A stretch of 64,000 bases of DNA from Candidatus Omnitrophota bacterium (GTDB lineage Bacteria; Omnitrophota; Gorgyraeia; Gygaellales; Profunditerraquicolaceae). Position numbers and translations under genes: made by a program. Below the pieces are notes generated by a model. The model was given only the letters and a program-made list of their open reading frames with translations. It had not been told where the DNA came from and did not search any database. Positions 8,955 to 18,867 of the stretch are shown here, in pieces; within the stretch, counting starts at the first letter, position 1; each line of letters starts with the position of its first letter. The DNA lies in NCBI GenBank assembly GCA_963805065.1, contig CAWDSS010000017.1, positions 64,726 through 128,725 on the forward strand. The letters are read 5' to 3'.

Positions 8955-9032
8955 ACTTACTTATATTTAATCAGAGTCTAAAATTAAAGCAATTATATGT
9001 TATTATTTTATAATAGACTTACTTATATTTAA
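8955..9032. repeat. Two copies of a 16-bp direct repeat ACTTACTTATATTTAA upstream of the pil promoter
   Basis: Exact copies at 8955..8970 and 9017..9032, 62 bp apart, in the 179-bp AT-rich intergenic region. Confidence 0.8.
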
Positions 9033-9038
9033 CCGACT

Positions 9039-9470
9039 TTATTGGGGGGTTTGGTAGGTTACAGTGGAATTAATGCAAAAATTTATACCTGGCGGAGGGG
9101 CACATGGAATGGTATTAGGAGGACAAGGGGGACCACTAGGACAGAAAATAATTTTTATTGATTGTATTGGAAAGGGGAAGGTATCATCATTAACCGTACA
9201 TCCACCACCGGTTCTACAAATAGTACATCCGGCGGGGCGTTGACAATCAGTGGCTGGAAGCCAAGTTCCTGTCCTTAGCATCTCTAAGGCATAGACCATT
9301 CCTGCTTTTGCAGCATAATATGCCTGTAAATGGTTTACCTTTTCGCGGGAAAAGCGATTCTCGCTAGCCATAAACTTTAGAATGATGTCTCCTAAAATCA
9401 GGATCACAAAAAGAGTAGCCAAAACAATAAACAAGGCAACGCCAGACTTATTAGCTTTGATATTAAACAT
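9039..9470 (-). CDS. PilX/GspK-like minor pseudopilin with Cys/Pro-rich C-terminal domain
   Basis: N-terminus KSGVALFIVLATLFVILILGDIIL...AYYAAKAGMVYALEML resembles the PilX N-terminal domain. The C-terminal half has 9 Cys and many Pro (FCPSGPPCPPNTIPCAPPPG). Confidence 0.5.
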   Translation of the reverse strand: MFNIKANKSGVALFIVLATLFVILILGDIILKFMASENRFSREKVNHLQAYYAAKAGMVYALEMLRTGTWLPATDCQRPAGCTICRTGGGCTVNDDTFPFPIQSIKIIFCPSGPPCPPNTIPCAPPPGINFCINSTVTYQTPQ

Positions 9471-9669
9471 CTTTTCTTAAGGCAATTTTATAATCGGCAT
9501 GTTCCTGCTGGACAACAACGTGGCCTTCCCTGGCAAGCCAACCCAAACTCATCAGCACATTGTCGCGAGGCTTATCTATGCCCCTGACTAGGGTAGATAA
9601 GGTAACTTCCCCGTGTTGATCAAGAAAATGCCATATATCACCCGCTACTATCCCAATTTCTGTTATCAT
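9463..9669 (-). CDS. Small winged-helix protein (DUF2582-like)
   Basis: 68 aa. IGIVAGDIWHFLDQHGEVTLSTL...LMSLGWLAREGHV matches my memory of the DUF2582 wHTH family. It overlaps the PilX-like gene by 8 nt. Confidence 0.55.
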   Translation of the reverse strand: MITEIGIVAGDIWHFLDQHGEVTLSTLVRGIDKPRDNVLMSLGWLAREGHVVVQQEHADYKIALRKDV

Positions 9670-9730
9670 TTTCTTCCTCCGGTTTTTTCCTTAATGTCTT
9701 CATTATAAAGTTTAAATTCTTGAAGGTCAA

Positions 9731-9952
9731 CTATTTTTTATTATAGTTCCCGCAGCGCGGGCAAGTAGATATCGGGTCTTCCTTTGTATTGATATAAGTG
9801 TATGTACATATAGAACAAAACCATATGTGTTTTGGGTCGAGCGTCAAATCCTTATCTTTCTGTTTCTTGCCGGATACCCAGGTTAACAATATGCCTGCCA
9901 AGATGATAAGGTTGAATAGTGCCACGGCTAAAGAAAAATCCAGATTAATCAT
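9731..9952 (-). CDS. Membrane-anchored zinc-ribbon protein
   Basis: One TM helix (FSLAVALFNLIILAGILLTWV), then CSIC...CPRC. I prefer ATG 9952 because the ORF-track start 9970 is a TTG. Confidence 0.5.
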   Translation of the reverse strand: MINLDFSLAVALFNLIILAGILLTWVSGKKQKDKDLTLDPKHIWFCSICTYTYINTKEDPISTCPRCGNYNKK

Positions 9953-10559
9953 TGTTAGCTGAAAGGTCAATTTTTACTGTTCGCCAACTGTTAGGAAGAA
10001 AGTTAGATTGTTGTGTAAAAAGATAACGGCCGATATAGCGCATACTTAACAGGTCAACTTCCAGATTCCCGGAAGATATTTTTCTTCTGATTACCGTAGC
10101 GCTACGCCTGCCTTCTGAAACTATGTTGAACATAAGTTCGACATGGGCTAACTGTCTGTCTTTGAAATAAAGCTTAAAATCATACGGCAGTAATGGATGG
10201 AATAGTACTACCGGCTCTTTTCTTCTTGTTAAGTATTGGGCTGTTATAAGCTTTTCGGCAAAATTTTCCTTTTCCAAGGCCCAAGAAACCGTAGCCTGAG
10301 GCTTGAGGTAGTAATCTTTTAGTAACCCTACGGGTTGGGTATTAACTTTTAGATTTATAGTTTTAGGCGTTTCAACAAAATCTTCTCCCCCTTTGTTTGA
10401 AATCATAATAGCGGGTTTGTTTAATTCAATCCTACCTATCTCTCCCCAGAAGCTTACGGGCGCATAATCTGGCCGGGTGATGTTGTTGCCGAAAGTGAAA
10501 CTAAAAACGCTAAATAACGTGATGTGCCCGAGTAATGAAAAAATGAGTGAATTTTTCAA
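9945..10559 (-). CDS. TonB-family energy transducer-like protein
   Basis: N-terminal anchor SLLGHITLFSVFSF and a C-terminal TonB_C-like segment (VELMFNIVSEG...VIRRKISSGNLEVDLLSMRYI). It directly follows exbB-exbD. Confidence 0.5.
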   Translation of the reverse strand: MKNSLIFSLLGHITLFSVFSFTFGNNITRPDYAPVSFWGEIGRIELNKPAIMISNKGGEDFVETPKTINLKVNTQPVGLLKDYYLKPQATVSWALEKENFAEKLITAQYLTRRKEPVVLFHPLLPYDFKLYFKDRQLAHVELMFNIVSEGRRSATVIRRKISSGNLEVDLLSMRYIGRYLFTQQSNFLPNSWRTVKIDLSANND

Positions 10560-10569
10560 CTTAAAATTT

Positions 10570-10971
10570 TTATTCCTGATTTGTGGCGATATTTACCTGG
10601 GATATGCCCGTTGCCCTCGCAAGGTCCCAGATCTTAACTATTCTTCCTAAAGAAGCGCGTTTATCCGCCTTTATCAAAATTGTCTGGCTTCTGTTTGAAA
10701 CTTGTTTAAATAATTTTTTCAACTCATCGCTATCTATGGGTCTTTGGTTAAAGTAGGCCTCGCCATCTGCATTAACCAGTATTTCAATATTGCCGTCTCT
10801 AACAACTTCGCTTGTCAGAGTCTTCGGTAAATTTATTTTTATACCCGGCTGCGTTAAGAATATGGACGAGAGTATCAAGAATACCAATAAAAGGAATATG
10901 ATATTTATTAGCGGGACGATATCTATCTGCTTTAGCCCCTGTTCCAATGCCATTCTCCCCCTAAAACGCAT
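10570..10971 (-). CDS. exbD: ExbD/TolR family protein
   Basis: 133 aa with IDIVPLINIIFLLLVFLIL near the N-terminus and a periplasmic domain. Downstream of exbB. Confidence 0.85.
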   Translation of the reverse strand: MRFRGRMALEQGLKQIDIVPLINIIFLLLVFLILSSIFLTQPGIKINLPKTLTSEVVRDGNIEILVNADGEAYFNQRPIDSDELKKLFKQVSNRSQTILIKADKRASLGRIVKIWDLARATGISQVNIATNQE

Positions 10972-10983
10972 ATCTTGCCTTTC

Positions 10984-11616
10984 TTACTCGCTGAGTAAAT
11001 TCACCAGTTCCGTTGAAGCCTTTTCCATTTCAAGAATAAAATTGTTGATGCGGCTGACCAAATAATTGTATGCCACAAAGGTAGGAATAGCTACAATTAA
11101 GCCTGCGACTGTTGCCAATAACGCCTCCCAAATACCTCCTGCCAGGTCAACGGGAGAAACCGGAATAGAACCGGATGCCTTTGCCTGAATAACCTGAAAA
11201 CACTTAATCATACCGGTAACACTCCCCAGAAGCCCCAGGAGTGGAGTAATATGTGCGATGGTTGCCAATACATTAAGGTTCTTTTCAATTCTGGGTATTT
11301 CATATAAAGACGCATCCTCAATAGACTCCATAATCTGCTGCCTGGGCCGGTCGTACTTAAGAATTCCCGCTTTTAATATATTGGCTATGGGGCTGTTAGT
11401 AGAATCACAGATCTGCAAAGCCTCCTTAGTTTCATGGCGTTTCATTTTTTCCATAACCTTACTTAAGAAATTCTGGGTATCAATGGTTATTCTGTTCAAA
11501 TGAAGGAATTTCTCTAGTGTTATAGACAAAGCGAATATTGAACAAAGAAGGATAGGCCACATTACCGGCCCTCCTGCTAAAAATATCTGCCAAAGGCTCA
11601 TTTTATATAAATTCAT
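10984..11616 (-). CDS. exbB: MotA/TolQ/ExbB proton-channel protein
   Basis: 210 aa, 3 TM helices, conserved LATIAHITPLLGLLGSVTGMI segment. Confidence 0.85.
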   Translation of the reverse strand: MNLYKMSLWQIFLAGGPVMWPILLCSIFALSITLEKFLHLNRITIDTQNFLSKVMEKMKRHETKEALQICDSTNSPIANILKAGILKYDRPRQQIMESIEDASLYEIPRIEKNLNVLATIAHITPLLGLLGSVTGMIKCFQVIQAKASGSIPVSPVDLAGGIWEALLATVAGLIVAIPTFVAYNYLVSRINNFILEMEKASTELVNLLSE

Positions 11617-11628
11617 CTGATGCCTCCT

Positions 11629-14181
11629 TTATTTCATGTGGGATTTTATCCAGTCTATTCTTTCTTGCGCAAATTTGGATTCTTCCACATTCATGGGGAT
11701 AATCTTTTGGTACACATTGAGCGCTTCTTTGAAATTTTCCTTATCTTCATAAATTGCCGCAACCCTAAGAAGTGCCTTGACTGACAGGTTGTTTTCGGAA
11801 TAAAGGTAAGTGACTTTTAAATATTCTTCAATTGCCTGATCGTACTTGCCTTCTGCCTGCAATACCTCGGCGATTTTAAACTGCAGCCCAGCCATTTCCC
11901 TTGCAGGTACAATATCTAGGCTCTTACGATAATAATCTATGGCTTCCTGAAAATTGCCAAGCTTGTAAAATAAATTTGCGATTTTAGGATAGATGAGATT
12001 AACCAGATGGGGATACTTTGTTACGGCATTTTGATATTCGCTAAGCGCTAAATCGGTCTTGCCTATAGTGACGTGCAAATCGGCGATGGCGATAGCTGCC
12101 TGGCCTGCGAGGTCTGTCTTTCCCATCTCGATGACCTTTTTAAAATTCTCCAACGCCTCTTCGTGCTTGGCTTCTTCTTCGTAGCTTGAGCCTAATGCAT
12201 AGTAGGCATCGGCGATGAGGTTGCTTTTAGGGAAATCTTGTATGAGAGAAGAGAAATACCTGCGCGAAAGGGATAAATCATTATGCCTGTAATAATACTC
12301 CCCTAGCCACCACATAATCTCTGCGGTTAGCCCAGAGTCGGGATATTTTGACCTTAAAGCCTTGAATCTATTCATGGCTTCCTTTTCATTGCCCATCTGA
12401 TAGAAACAATCTGCGATTTCATATTCTGCTTTTTGGGTTAACTCTGAATCCTGGTTATATGTCTTTGCAATGTTTTCAAACACTTCAATTGCCTGGTCGT
12501 ATTTGCCTAGGTTAAATAAACTGCTCCCTAAAAGATAGAGTGCCTGAGATTTTAGTTTTAAATTGCTGTCCTTAAATTCATCCTGAAATTTTGCAAATAT
12601 CTCCTGGCTTGAGTTATAATCCTGCCTCTGAAAATATGTTAATCCCATGGCATAAGAAGCATCGGCCAAAAGCTTGGATTGGGGAAAATTATTCTTTAGG
12701 TTTGAAAAACTCAAGATTGCCCCGTCATAGTTAGATTCTTTAAGCAATGTAAGGCCTAATTGATACTGAACGTAGTCGCTGTAAAAACTGTCGGGATAAT
12801 CCTTTAATATAGAATCGTATGCCTCCTTAGCCAAATCATAATTGCCTGCATCCTGGTATGCATCTCCTATCTGGCAAAGCGCACTTACTTTGACGACCTT
12901 ATCTTCGCTTTCTTTGGCTATCTTCTGAAATTCGCTTATGGCGTCTTTGAATTCTCCCTGTTTTAAATAAGCCCAGGCAAGCCCATAATGAATTTTGTCA
13001 ATCATTTCCGCAGGTATATTTTCAGACCCTGTTTCAGCAAGCCCCTCTTTATATACTTTAATAGTTTCCGGGTATTTTGCCTGGCTATAAAGCGCATCAG
13101 CCTTGCCAAGAAAAGCCTGGGCCAAAACAAGCGGGTCTTGTGTCTTATTCAACAAGTCGTCATAGGCCTTAATTGCATCGTCTGTCTTATTTGTCTCAAC
13201 CAAAAGAATCGCCTTCCCCAAAAGCAACGCATCGTGGCTGCGTTTCTCTAAACTATCCACTTTAATACCGCTGAACATTCCTTCTGCTTCTTTGTACTGT
13301 TTTAACTTAAGATGGCACCAGCCTAAACCGAGCCTTGCCAAGCCTATCATTTTGTCGTCACGGGTGTTTGCGATAGCCTTGGAGTATTTATCAAGCGCTT
13401 CTTTAAAATTATTCGAGTAGAAATCTGCTTCCGCCCAATAAAAATAAAGATAGGAAAAACTTACGGATTCATTCGAATAAACCTTAAGGTAATTTTTAAC
13501 TTTTTCCTTAAGCCCCGCATAATCTTTTAAATTATAAAGGCATTCTATGGTCTTGAATAAAGCGTCTTTTGCCTGCGGCTCTTTGGGAAATTTAGAAGCT
13601 ACGAGCTTAAAATATTCTAATGCGAGGTTAAAATCATGTTCCTGAAAAGCACACCAGCCCAACGAATAATATGCCGATGCGCTAAATCGCGATTTAGGGA
13701 AATCATCTATTATCATCTTGTAGTAAGAAGCAGCCTTAGCGAAGTTATTACCCTTAAAATGCACCTCTGCCATCCAATACAATATCTCATCTTTAATATT
13801 TTTTGCGGAAGGATCAGCTAAAAGCTCTTCAAATTTGGCAAGGGAATCCAGGAATTTATTCTGGTGGAATAAGCATTCTCCGATCAATAAATTTGCTTCT
13901 GCTGTGTTCGTTGAATTTGGGTAACTTTTTAAAAACCGCTCAAGGAGCCCCAAGCTTACATCATAAAATCCGTCATCAAATGCCTTCCTTGCCACAAACA
14001 GCGCTTCCTCTTCTTTGGCCGAATCCTGGGCAAAGGAAGAATGACAAATCCCAAAGCACGAAATCCAAAATAAGCACAAAGCACAAATTACAAAACTTAA
14101 AATAAAGGGGACGTTTCTATTTTTCTGCTGATTAGGAGACGTTAAAAATAGAAACGTCCCCTTTTCTTTGGGTTTTGTCAT
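11629..14181 (-). CDS. Large secreted TPR-repeat protein
   Basis: 850 aa of tandem TPR-like repeats (YbgF/CpoB-like units). Signal-peptide-like FILSFVICALCLFWISCFGICHSSFA|QD. The first ~25 codons are encoded by the 64-nt hairpin element at 14104..14164, so the true start is uncertain. Confidence 0.75.
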   Translation of the reverse strand: MTKPKEKGTFLFLTSPNQQKNRNVPFILSFVICALCLFWISCFGICHSSFAQDSAKEEEALFVARKAFDDGFYDVSLGLLERFLKSYPNSTNTAEANLLIGECLFHQNKFLDSLAKFEELLADPSAKNIKDEILYWMAEVHFKGNNFAKAASYYKMIIDDFPKSRFSASAYYSLGWCAFQEHDFNLALEYFKLVASKFPKEPQAKDALFKTIECLYNLKDYAGLKEKVKNYLKVYSNESVSFSYLYFYWAEADFYSNNFKEALDKYSKAIANTRDDKMIGLARLGLGWCHLKLKQYKEAEGMFSGIKVDSLEKRSHDALLLGKAILLVETNKTDDAIKAYDDLLNKTQDPLVLAQAFLGKADALYSQAKYPETIKVYKEGLAETGSENIPAEMIDKIHYGLAWAYLKQGEFKDAISEFQKIAKESEDKVVKVSALCQIGDAYQDAGNYDLAKEAYDSILKDYPDSFYSDYVQYQLGLTLLKESNYDGAILSFSNLKNNFPQSKLLADASYAMGLTYFQRQDYNSSQEIFAKFQDEFKDSNLKLKSQALYLLGSSLFNLGKYDQAIEVFENIAKTYNQDSELTQKAEYEIADCFYQMGNEKEAMNRFKALRSKYPDSGLTAEIMWWLGEYYYRHNDLSLSRRYFSSLIQDFPKSNLIADAYYALGSSYEEEAKHEEALENFKKVIEMGKTDLAGQAAIAIADLHVTIGKTDLALSEYQNAVTKYPHLVNLIYPKIANLFYKLGNFQEAIDYYRKSLDIVPAREMAGLQFKIAEVLQAEGKYDQAIEEYLKVTYLYSENNLSVKALLRVAAIYEDKENFKEALNVYQKIIPMNVEESKFAQERIDWIKSHMK
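14104..14164 (-). terminator. 64-nt hairpin element, copy 1 (probable uvrA terminator)
   Basis: Arms AAAGGGGACGTTTCTATTTTT (14104..14124) and AAAAATAGAAACGTCCCCTTT (14144..14164) are perfect complements. On the minus strand TTTATTTT follows. Located 40 nt after the uvrA stop. A second copy is at 35177..35234. Confidence 0.65.
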
Positions 14182-14204
14182 TTGTCATTAACTATATCAT
14201 TGCT

Positions 14205-17048
14205 TCAATTATCCTTCAATACGTTTCTTAAGAATTGCGCTGTGTATGATTTTTGAATTTTGCTTAACTCTTCGGGGCTGGCACTTCCTACTACCTCTCC
14301 TCCCCTATCTCCTCCGTCAGGCCCCAGGTCTATAATATAGTCGCAGCATTTTATTACATCAAGGTTATGCTCTATGACAATTACGGTATTGCCTTTATCC
14401 ACCAGCCTTTGAAAAACCGAAAGCAGCTTGGCCACATCGGCAAAATGAAGGCCGGTCGTCGGCTCATCAAGCATATAAAGGGTCTTACCAGTAGAACGCT
14501 TGCTCAGCTCCGAAGAAAGCTTCACGCGCTGCGCCTCGCCTCCGGATAAAGTAGTTGCTGACTGGCCCAATTGAATATAACCCAACCCCACATCATACAA
14601 ATAAGTAAGGGTATTTTTTATCTTAGGGATATTAGTGAATAAATCCAGGGACTCTTCTACCGTCATTTCCAAGACATCAGCTATAGATTTTCCTTTATAT
14701 TTTACTTCCAGGGTTGCCTCGTTAAATCGCAGGCCCTTACACACATCGCATTTAACATATACATCGGGAAGAAAATGCATCTCAATCTTCTTTATGCCGT
14801 CTCCCGAACAGGCCTCGCAGCGTCCGCCCTTAACATTAAAAGAGAATCTTCCCGGCCTGTATCCTCTTTGTTTAGCCAAAGGCAGCTGGCTAAAAATATT
14901 TCTTATTTCTCCAAAAACACCCGTATACGTTACGGGATTTGACCTGGGGGTCCTTCCTATCGGAGACTGGTCAACAACAATAACCTTGTCAATATTCTCT
15001 GCCCCCAGGATTCTTTGATGGGCTCCGGGTTTTTCTTTGGATTTATACAATTTTTGCGATAAACTCCTAAATAATATTTCATCAATAAGCGTAGACTTAC
15101 CAGAACCCGATACTCCGGTAACGCAAATAAACAATCCCAAAGGGAATTTGACATCTATGTTTTTGAGATTATGTTCTCTTGCGCCTTTTATTTCCAGGAA
15201 TTTTGTATTTCTCCCGATTTCCCTCTTCGGGGGTATACCTATTTTTATTTCTCTTCTTAAATATTTTGCGGTCAGGGAATCGGATTTACTCAGGAGTTCA
15301 TCTTTTGTCCCGGAGAACACGACTTGCCCGCCGTTTCTTCCTGCTGCCGGCCCTAAATCCACAATATAATCCGCAGAGAGAATCGTAGCCTCATCGTGCT
15401 CAACGACAATTAAGGTATTGCCCAAATCTCTTAGTGCCATAAGGGTTGAAAGTAATTTATGGTTATCCCTTTGATGCAGGCCAATACTGGGTTCATCCAA
15501 TATATACAAAACACCGACTAATCCTGACCCGACTTGCGTGGCTAAGCGTATTCTTTGCGCCTCTCCTCCTGAAAGAGTAGAGCTTTTTCTATCTAAAGTC
15601 AAATAATCTAACCCTACATCTATGCAAAACTTAAGCTTCAGGATTATTTCCTTTAAAACATGCCGGGCAATAATTTTTTGTTTTTCTGTTAACTTTAAGC
15701 CGGTAAAGAAGTTGTGCGCCGCTTTTATGGACATCTGGGTAACTTCCCAGATGTTTTTATTGTCCAGTTTAACCGCGAGGCTTTCTTTTTTTAAGCGTGC
15801 GCCCTTACATGTAGGACACGGGAGGCTAGACATAAACCTGGAAATTTCTTCCTTAAGATACTCACTATCTGTTTGACGAAACAGTCTTTCCAGATGAGGG
15901 ATTAAACCCTCAAAAGGCTTGCCTGCTACTTCCTCGTTGCTGCCGTAGAGTATGGCCTTCTGTATCTGTTTATCCAGCTGCTTAAACGGGCTGTCTAAGT
16001 CAAAATTTAATTTACGGGACAATTCCCGAAGCAACCAGCGATAATAAAGAATATAACCACGGCCACCTCTCTTCCACGGTTCAAGCGCTCCGGCATTTAT
16101 AGATTTCGCTCTATCAGGAATTATCAAATCTACGTCAAACTCCAGCTTCGTGCCCAATCCATGGCATTCATTACAGGCACCATACGGAGAATTAAAAGAG
16201 AAAATGCGCGGCTCAACTTCCGTGTAACTGATTCCACATTTCGTGCAGGCATATTGTTCGCTAAATGTTAAATCCGTTGACTCGTTTTCTCGTTGTTTCG
16301 TTCTTTCGGAAGAATTAACTAGATAACGAGATAACGAGATAACAACATTGCCTTTCCCTACCTTAAGCGCAGTCTCTATTGAATCGGTGAGACGAGGCTT
16401 CACTTGAGGATTAATCATCAGCCTGTCCACAACCACTTCTATGTTATGAACTTTGTATTTTGCCAGCTTTATCTTTACAGGAAGCTCCGTAATCACACCA
16501 TCCACGCGGCAGCGCACGAAACCGGATTTCTGTATAGAATTAAAGACTTCCTTATATTCTCCCTTTCTCCCTCTAATTATGGGTGCTAATACCTGAATAC
16601 TTTTGCCGGAAGCTAAATTCATTATCCGCTCTACGATTTCCTGCGAACTTTGCCTGACTATTTTTTCTCCACACTGATAGCAATAAACCGTTCCTGCTCT
16701 TGCAAAAAGCAGCCTTAAATAATCATAAATTTCTGTTTGTGTTGCTACCGTGGAACGGGGATTGCCTCCGGCAGTCCTTTGCTCAATCGCAATGGCGGGT
16801 GAAAGGCCTTCGATATACTCCACATCGGGTTTTTGTAGTTGTTCCAAAAACTGTCGCGCGTAACTGGAGAGGCTTTCGACGTACCTGCGTTGGCCCTCTG
16901 CATAAATAGTATCGAAAGCAAGGCTTGATTTTCCTGAGCCGGACAATCCTGTGACCACGATTAGATTGTTACGCGGCAACTTCAGGTTTATATTCTTCAG
17001 GTTATGCTCTTTTGCGCCGCGGATAATAATGTATCCTTTATTTTCCAT
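14205..17048 (-). CDS. uvrA: Excinuclease ABC subunit A
   Basis: 947 aa. [28 protein letters not shown], second Walker [13 protein letters not shown], two LSGGEAQR signatures, and zinc-finger Cys clusters. Confidence 0.97.
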   Translation of the reverse strand: MENKGYIIIRGAKEHNLKNINLKLPRNNLIVVTGLSGSGKSSLAFDTIYAEGQRRYVESLSSYARQFLEQLQKPDVEYIEGLSPAIAIEQRTAGGNPRSTVATQTEIYDYLRLLFARAGTVYCYQCGEKIVRQSSQEIVERIMNLASGKSIQVLAPIIRGRKGEYKEVFNSIQKSGFVRCRVDGVITELPVKIKLAKYKVHNIEVVVDRLMINPQVKPRLTDSIETALKVGKGNVVISLSRYLVNSSERTKQRENESTDLTFSEQYACTKCGISYTEVEPRIFSFNSPYGACNECHGLGTKLEFDVDLIIPDRAKSINAGALEPWKRGGRGYILYYRWLLRELSRKLNFDLDSPFKQLDKQIQKAILYGSNEEVAGKPFEGLIPHLERLFRQTDSEYLKEEISRFMSSLPCPTCKGARLKKESLAVKLDNKNIWEVTQMSIKAAHNFFTGLKLTEKQKIIARHVLKEIILKLKFCIDVGLDYLTLDRKSSTLSGGEAQRIRLATQVGSGLVGVLYILDEPSIGLHQRDNHKLLSTLMALRDLGNTLIVVEHDEATILSADYIVDLGPAAGRNGGQVVFSGTKDELLSKSDSLTAKYLRREIKIGIPPKREIGRNTKFLEIKGAREHNLKNIDVKFPLGLFICVTGVSGSGKSTLIDEILFRSLSQKLYKSKEKPGAHQRILGAENIDKVIVVDQSPIGRTPRSNPVTYTGVFGEIRNIFSQLPLAKQRGYRPGRFSFNVKGGRCEACSGDGIKKIEMHFLPDVYVKCDVCKGLRFNEATLEVKYKGKSIADVLEMTVEESLDLFTNIPKIKNTLTYLYDVGLGYIQLGQSATTLSGGEAQRVKLSSELSKRSTGKTLYMLDEPTTGLHFADVAKLLSVFQRLVDKGNTVIVIEHNLDVIKCCDYIIDLGPDGGDRGGEVVGSASPEELSKIQKSYTAQFLRNVLKDN
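16281..16346. repeat. Inverted arms of ~8-nt tandem repeats inside uvrA
   Basis: CTCGTTTT CTCGTTGTTT CGTTCTTT (16281..16308) faces AGATAACG AGATAACG AGATAACA (16321..16344). Encodes ...[19 protein letters not shown]... Confidence 0.75.
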
Positions 17049-17059
17049 TTCTCCTTATA

Positions 17060-18427
17060 TTATATTTCCTGATAAATAAGCAAACAATCCAAGAATAGCA
17101 CCAAAGGCGTAATTTGTAACATCAGGCGGTTAAAAGAAGTTGCCAGATGCCAGTTGATATCATAGGGGCTCAGGATAAAAATAAATCCCCAAGCCCCGCA
17201 ATAAAGCAATAATGATAAGAAAACTGGCAGGCTGGGCAGCTTAAATAATTTCCTGAAGTTAAGGATCATAATTACCGATGAGAATACCCATAGCAGATTC
17301 CAGCTATTCACTAAAAACATCTGTTTTACGGCCCATGCTATAACTGCCTGGACCCGGCTTAAATTATTAATGATAATTGACTCCGACAGATTAGTTCTAT
17401 TTACCACATCGTTTACCAGGCCTAACGAACTTTTAAACCAAAACCAGGGGGCGTTAATCAAAACTATAATTAATAAATATTGCATGGCCAGCAAGATATT
17501 ACGAAGGCCTATTTTCTTTTGAAGTATCATGACAAATAATAGCATGAAAAAATTGAATATGCTTATAACTATTCCTTCGTTCTTTGTCCATGCAGCAAAA
17601 GCACAAAAGCAGGCGGATATGAATAGCAGCCTTTTGTCGAAATCATTGCAAGCCCGCAGCATGAATACGAACCCCGTAAAATAGTAAAATGTAAGCGGCA
17701 AATCTGCATATCCGGAGCTACCCAAGAATATGCAGTGCGGGATAGTGACGAACAAAGCGGTGAATAATAACGCATATTTCCTGGAAATGTAATACCTTAA
17801 GTTATAATAAAGTAATATTGTCAGGCTTATAAAAAAAAGTGGGAATATTATCTTGACCAATTGATCATTCCAACTGCCTAAGCAGGCATAAAACCAGGCC
17901 TCTATCAATGGCACAAGGAGCGGGTAATCCGGGTGGGAATAAGACTTGGTTGCGTCTTTAAGAAAATTAGCCGACACCATCCTTTCAAGATAAAATGCCT
18001 TCGCCTTAAATCCGTATATCGCCCAGCTATCCCAGGCCTCCAAAGGCACAAGCAATGCCTGCAGCAAAATAGTCAAAAATGCCAGCAGAATAACCGCGAT
18101 TAAAATTTTATGAATTAAAGGTATGTTTTTAGGCGGATTATCCGATTTTTTGCGGCCTCTGGATGTCCTTAAATATACCGGCAAAAATATTACCGCTATT
18201 ATGGCCAAACTTAATGTTATATTCGTAACGGAAAATTTAATTCTGCATAAGGAGAGCAAAAACATGGCTACCGATAATACTCCAAACCCCATCCCATAAC
18301 TAAGCGCCAGCATATATAAAAGCCCGAAGGGGCTCCTGTTATTTAAAAGCGCCTTACAGATAATATAGCCCAACATAACAGGCAGGCTTAAACTAAAAAT
18401 AATTTTCAGAGTATCAAGCATATGCAT
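17060..18427 (-). CDS. Polytopic membrane protein, GT-C-like (ArnT/PMT-like) putative glycosyltransferase
   Basis: 455 aa with ~12 predicted TM helices. The loop motifs EAWDSWAIYGFKAKAF and HPDYPLLVPL are reminiscent of the PMT_2/ArnT family. The call rests on motifs only. Confidence 0.4.
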   Translation of the reverse strand: MHMLDTLKIIFSLSLPVMLGYIICKALLNNRSPFGLLYMLALSYGMGFGVLSVAMFLLSLCRIKFSVTNITLSLAIIAVIFLPVYLRTSRGRKKSDNPPKNIPLIHKILIAVILLAFLTILLQALLVPLEAWDSWAIYGFKAKAFYLERMVSANFLKDATKSYSHPDYPLLVPLIEAWFYACLGSWNDQLVKIIFPLFFISLTILLYYNLRYYISRKYALLFTALFVTIPHCIFLGSSGYADLPLTFYYFTGFVFMLRACNDFDKRLLFISACFCAFAAWTKNEGIVISIFNFFMLLFVMILQKKIGLRNILLAMQYLLIIVLINAPWFWFKSSLGLVNDVVNRTNLSESIIINNLSRVQAVIAWAVKQMFLVNSWNLLWVFSSVIMILNFRKLFKLPSLPVFLSLLLYCGAWGFIFILSPYDINWHLATSFNRLMLQITPLVLFLDCLLIYQEI

Positions 18428-18429
18428 AA

Positions 18430-18867
18430 TTATTTATTTATTCGCGATAGGATATATTTATCTTTCTCGTATTCTGCCATTACCTTGTAACCGGCAGGCG
18501 CAGCGTAATCGGGCCTTTCGTATACCATTATGTAGGAAGCATCTTCCCTAAAATTTCTGGGGTAGAGATAATAATATGCCTTGAAGAAATGGTACTCGCT
18601 ATTTCCGAGAAAATTCCCTTTTGGAAACACCCACCTGACATCCTTCCTTTCCGGTATTGTTTTATCGCAAAACATCAGGAATTGATAAAAATCCCAACCG
18701 GTTATGGCGGCCCGCTTATCTTCTAAGGAAAGTTTGGCAATAGAGCTGTAGTTTTTGCAGCTTTGGCTGATAGTGGAGAATAAAATGAAGGCCCCGTAAA
18801 TAATCCAGATACCCGAAACAAGTAAAAACAGCTTCAAGAGAATTTTTATTTTCACGCCTTTACTCAA
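18430..18867 (-). CDS. Hypothetical membrane-anchored protein
   Basis: 145 aa with one N-terminal TM helix and a soluble domain. No ATG start (TTG 18867 or GTG 18855). Overlaps the upstream gene. Confidence 0.45.
   Translation of the reverse strand: MSKGVKIKILLKLFLLVSGIWIIYGAFILFSTISQSCKNYSSIAKLSLEDKRAAITGWDFYQFLMFCDKTIPERKDVRWVFPKGNFLGNSEYHFFKAYYYLYPRNFREDASYIMVYERPDYAAPAGYKVMAEYEKDKYILSRINK

Noticed and set aside
14957-15154. Short minus-strand ORFs nested in other frames (14957..15154 in uvrA, 17569..17775 in the GT-C-like gene, 20125..20340 in the MT-GT2 gene).
   Set aside because: They lie entirely inside longer, motif-supported ORFs on the same strand, with no independent start signals.
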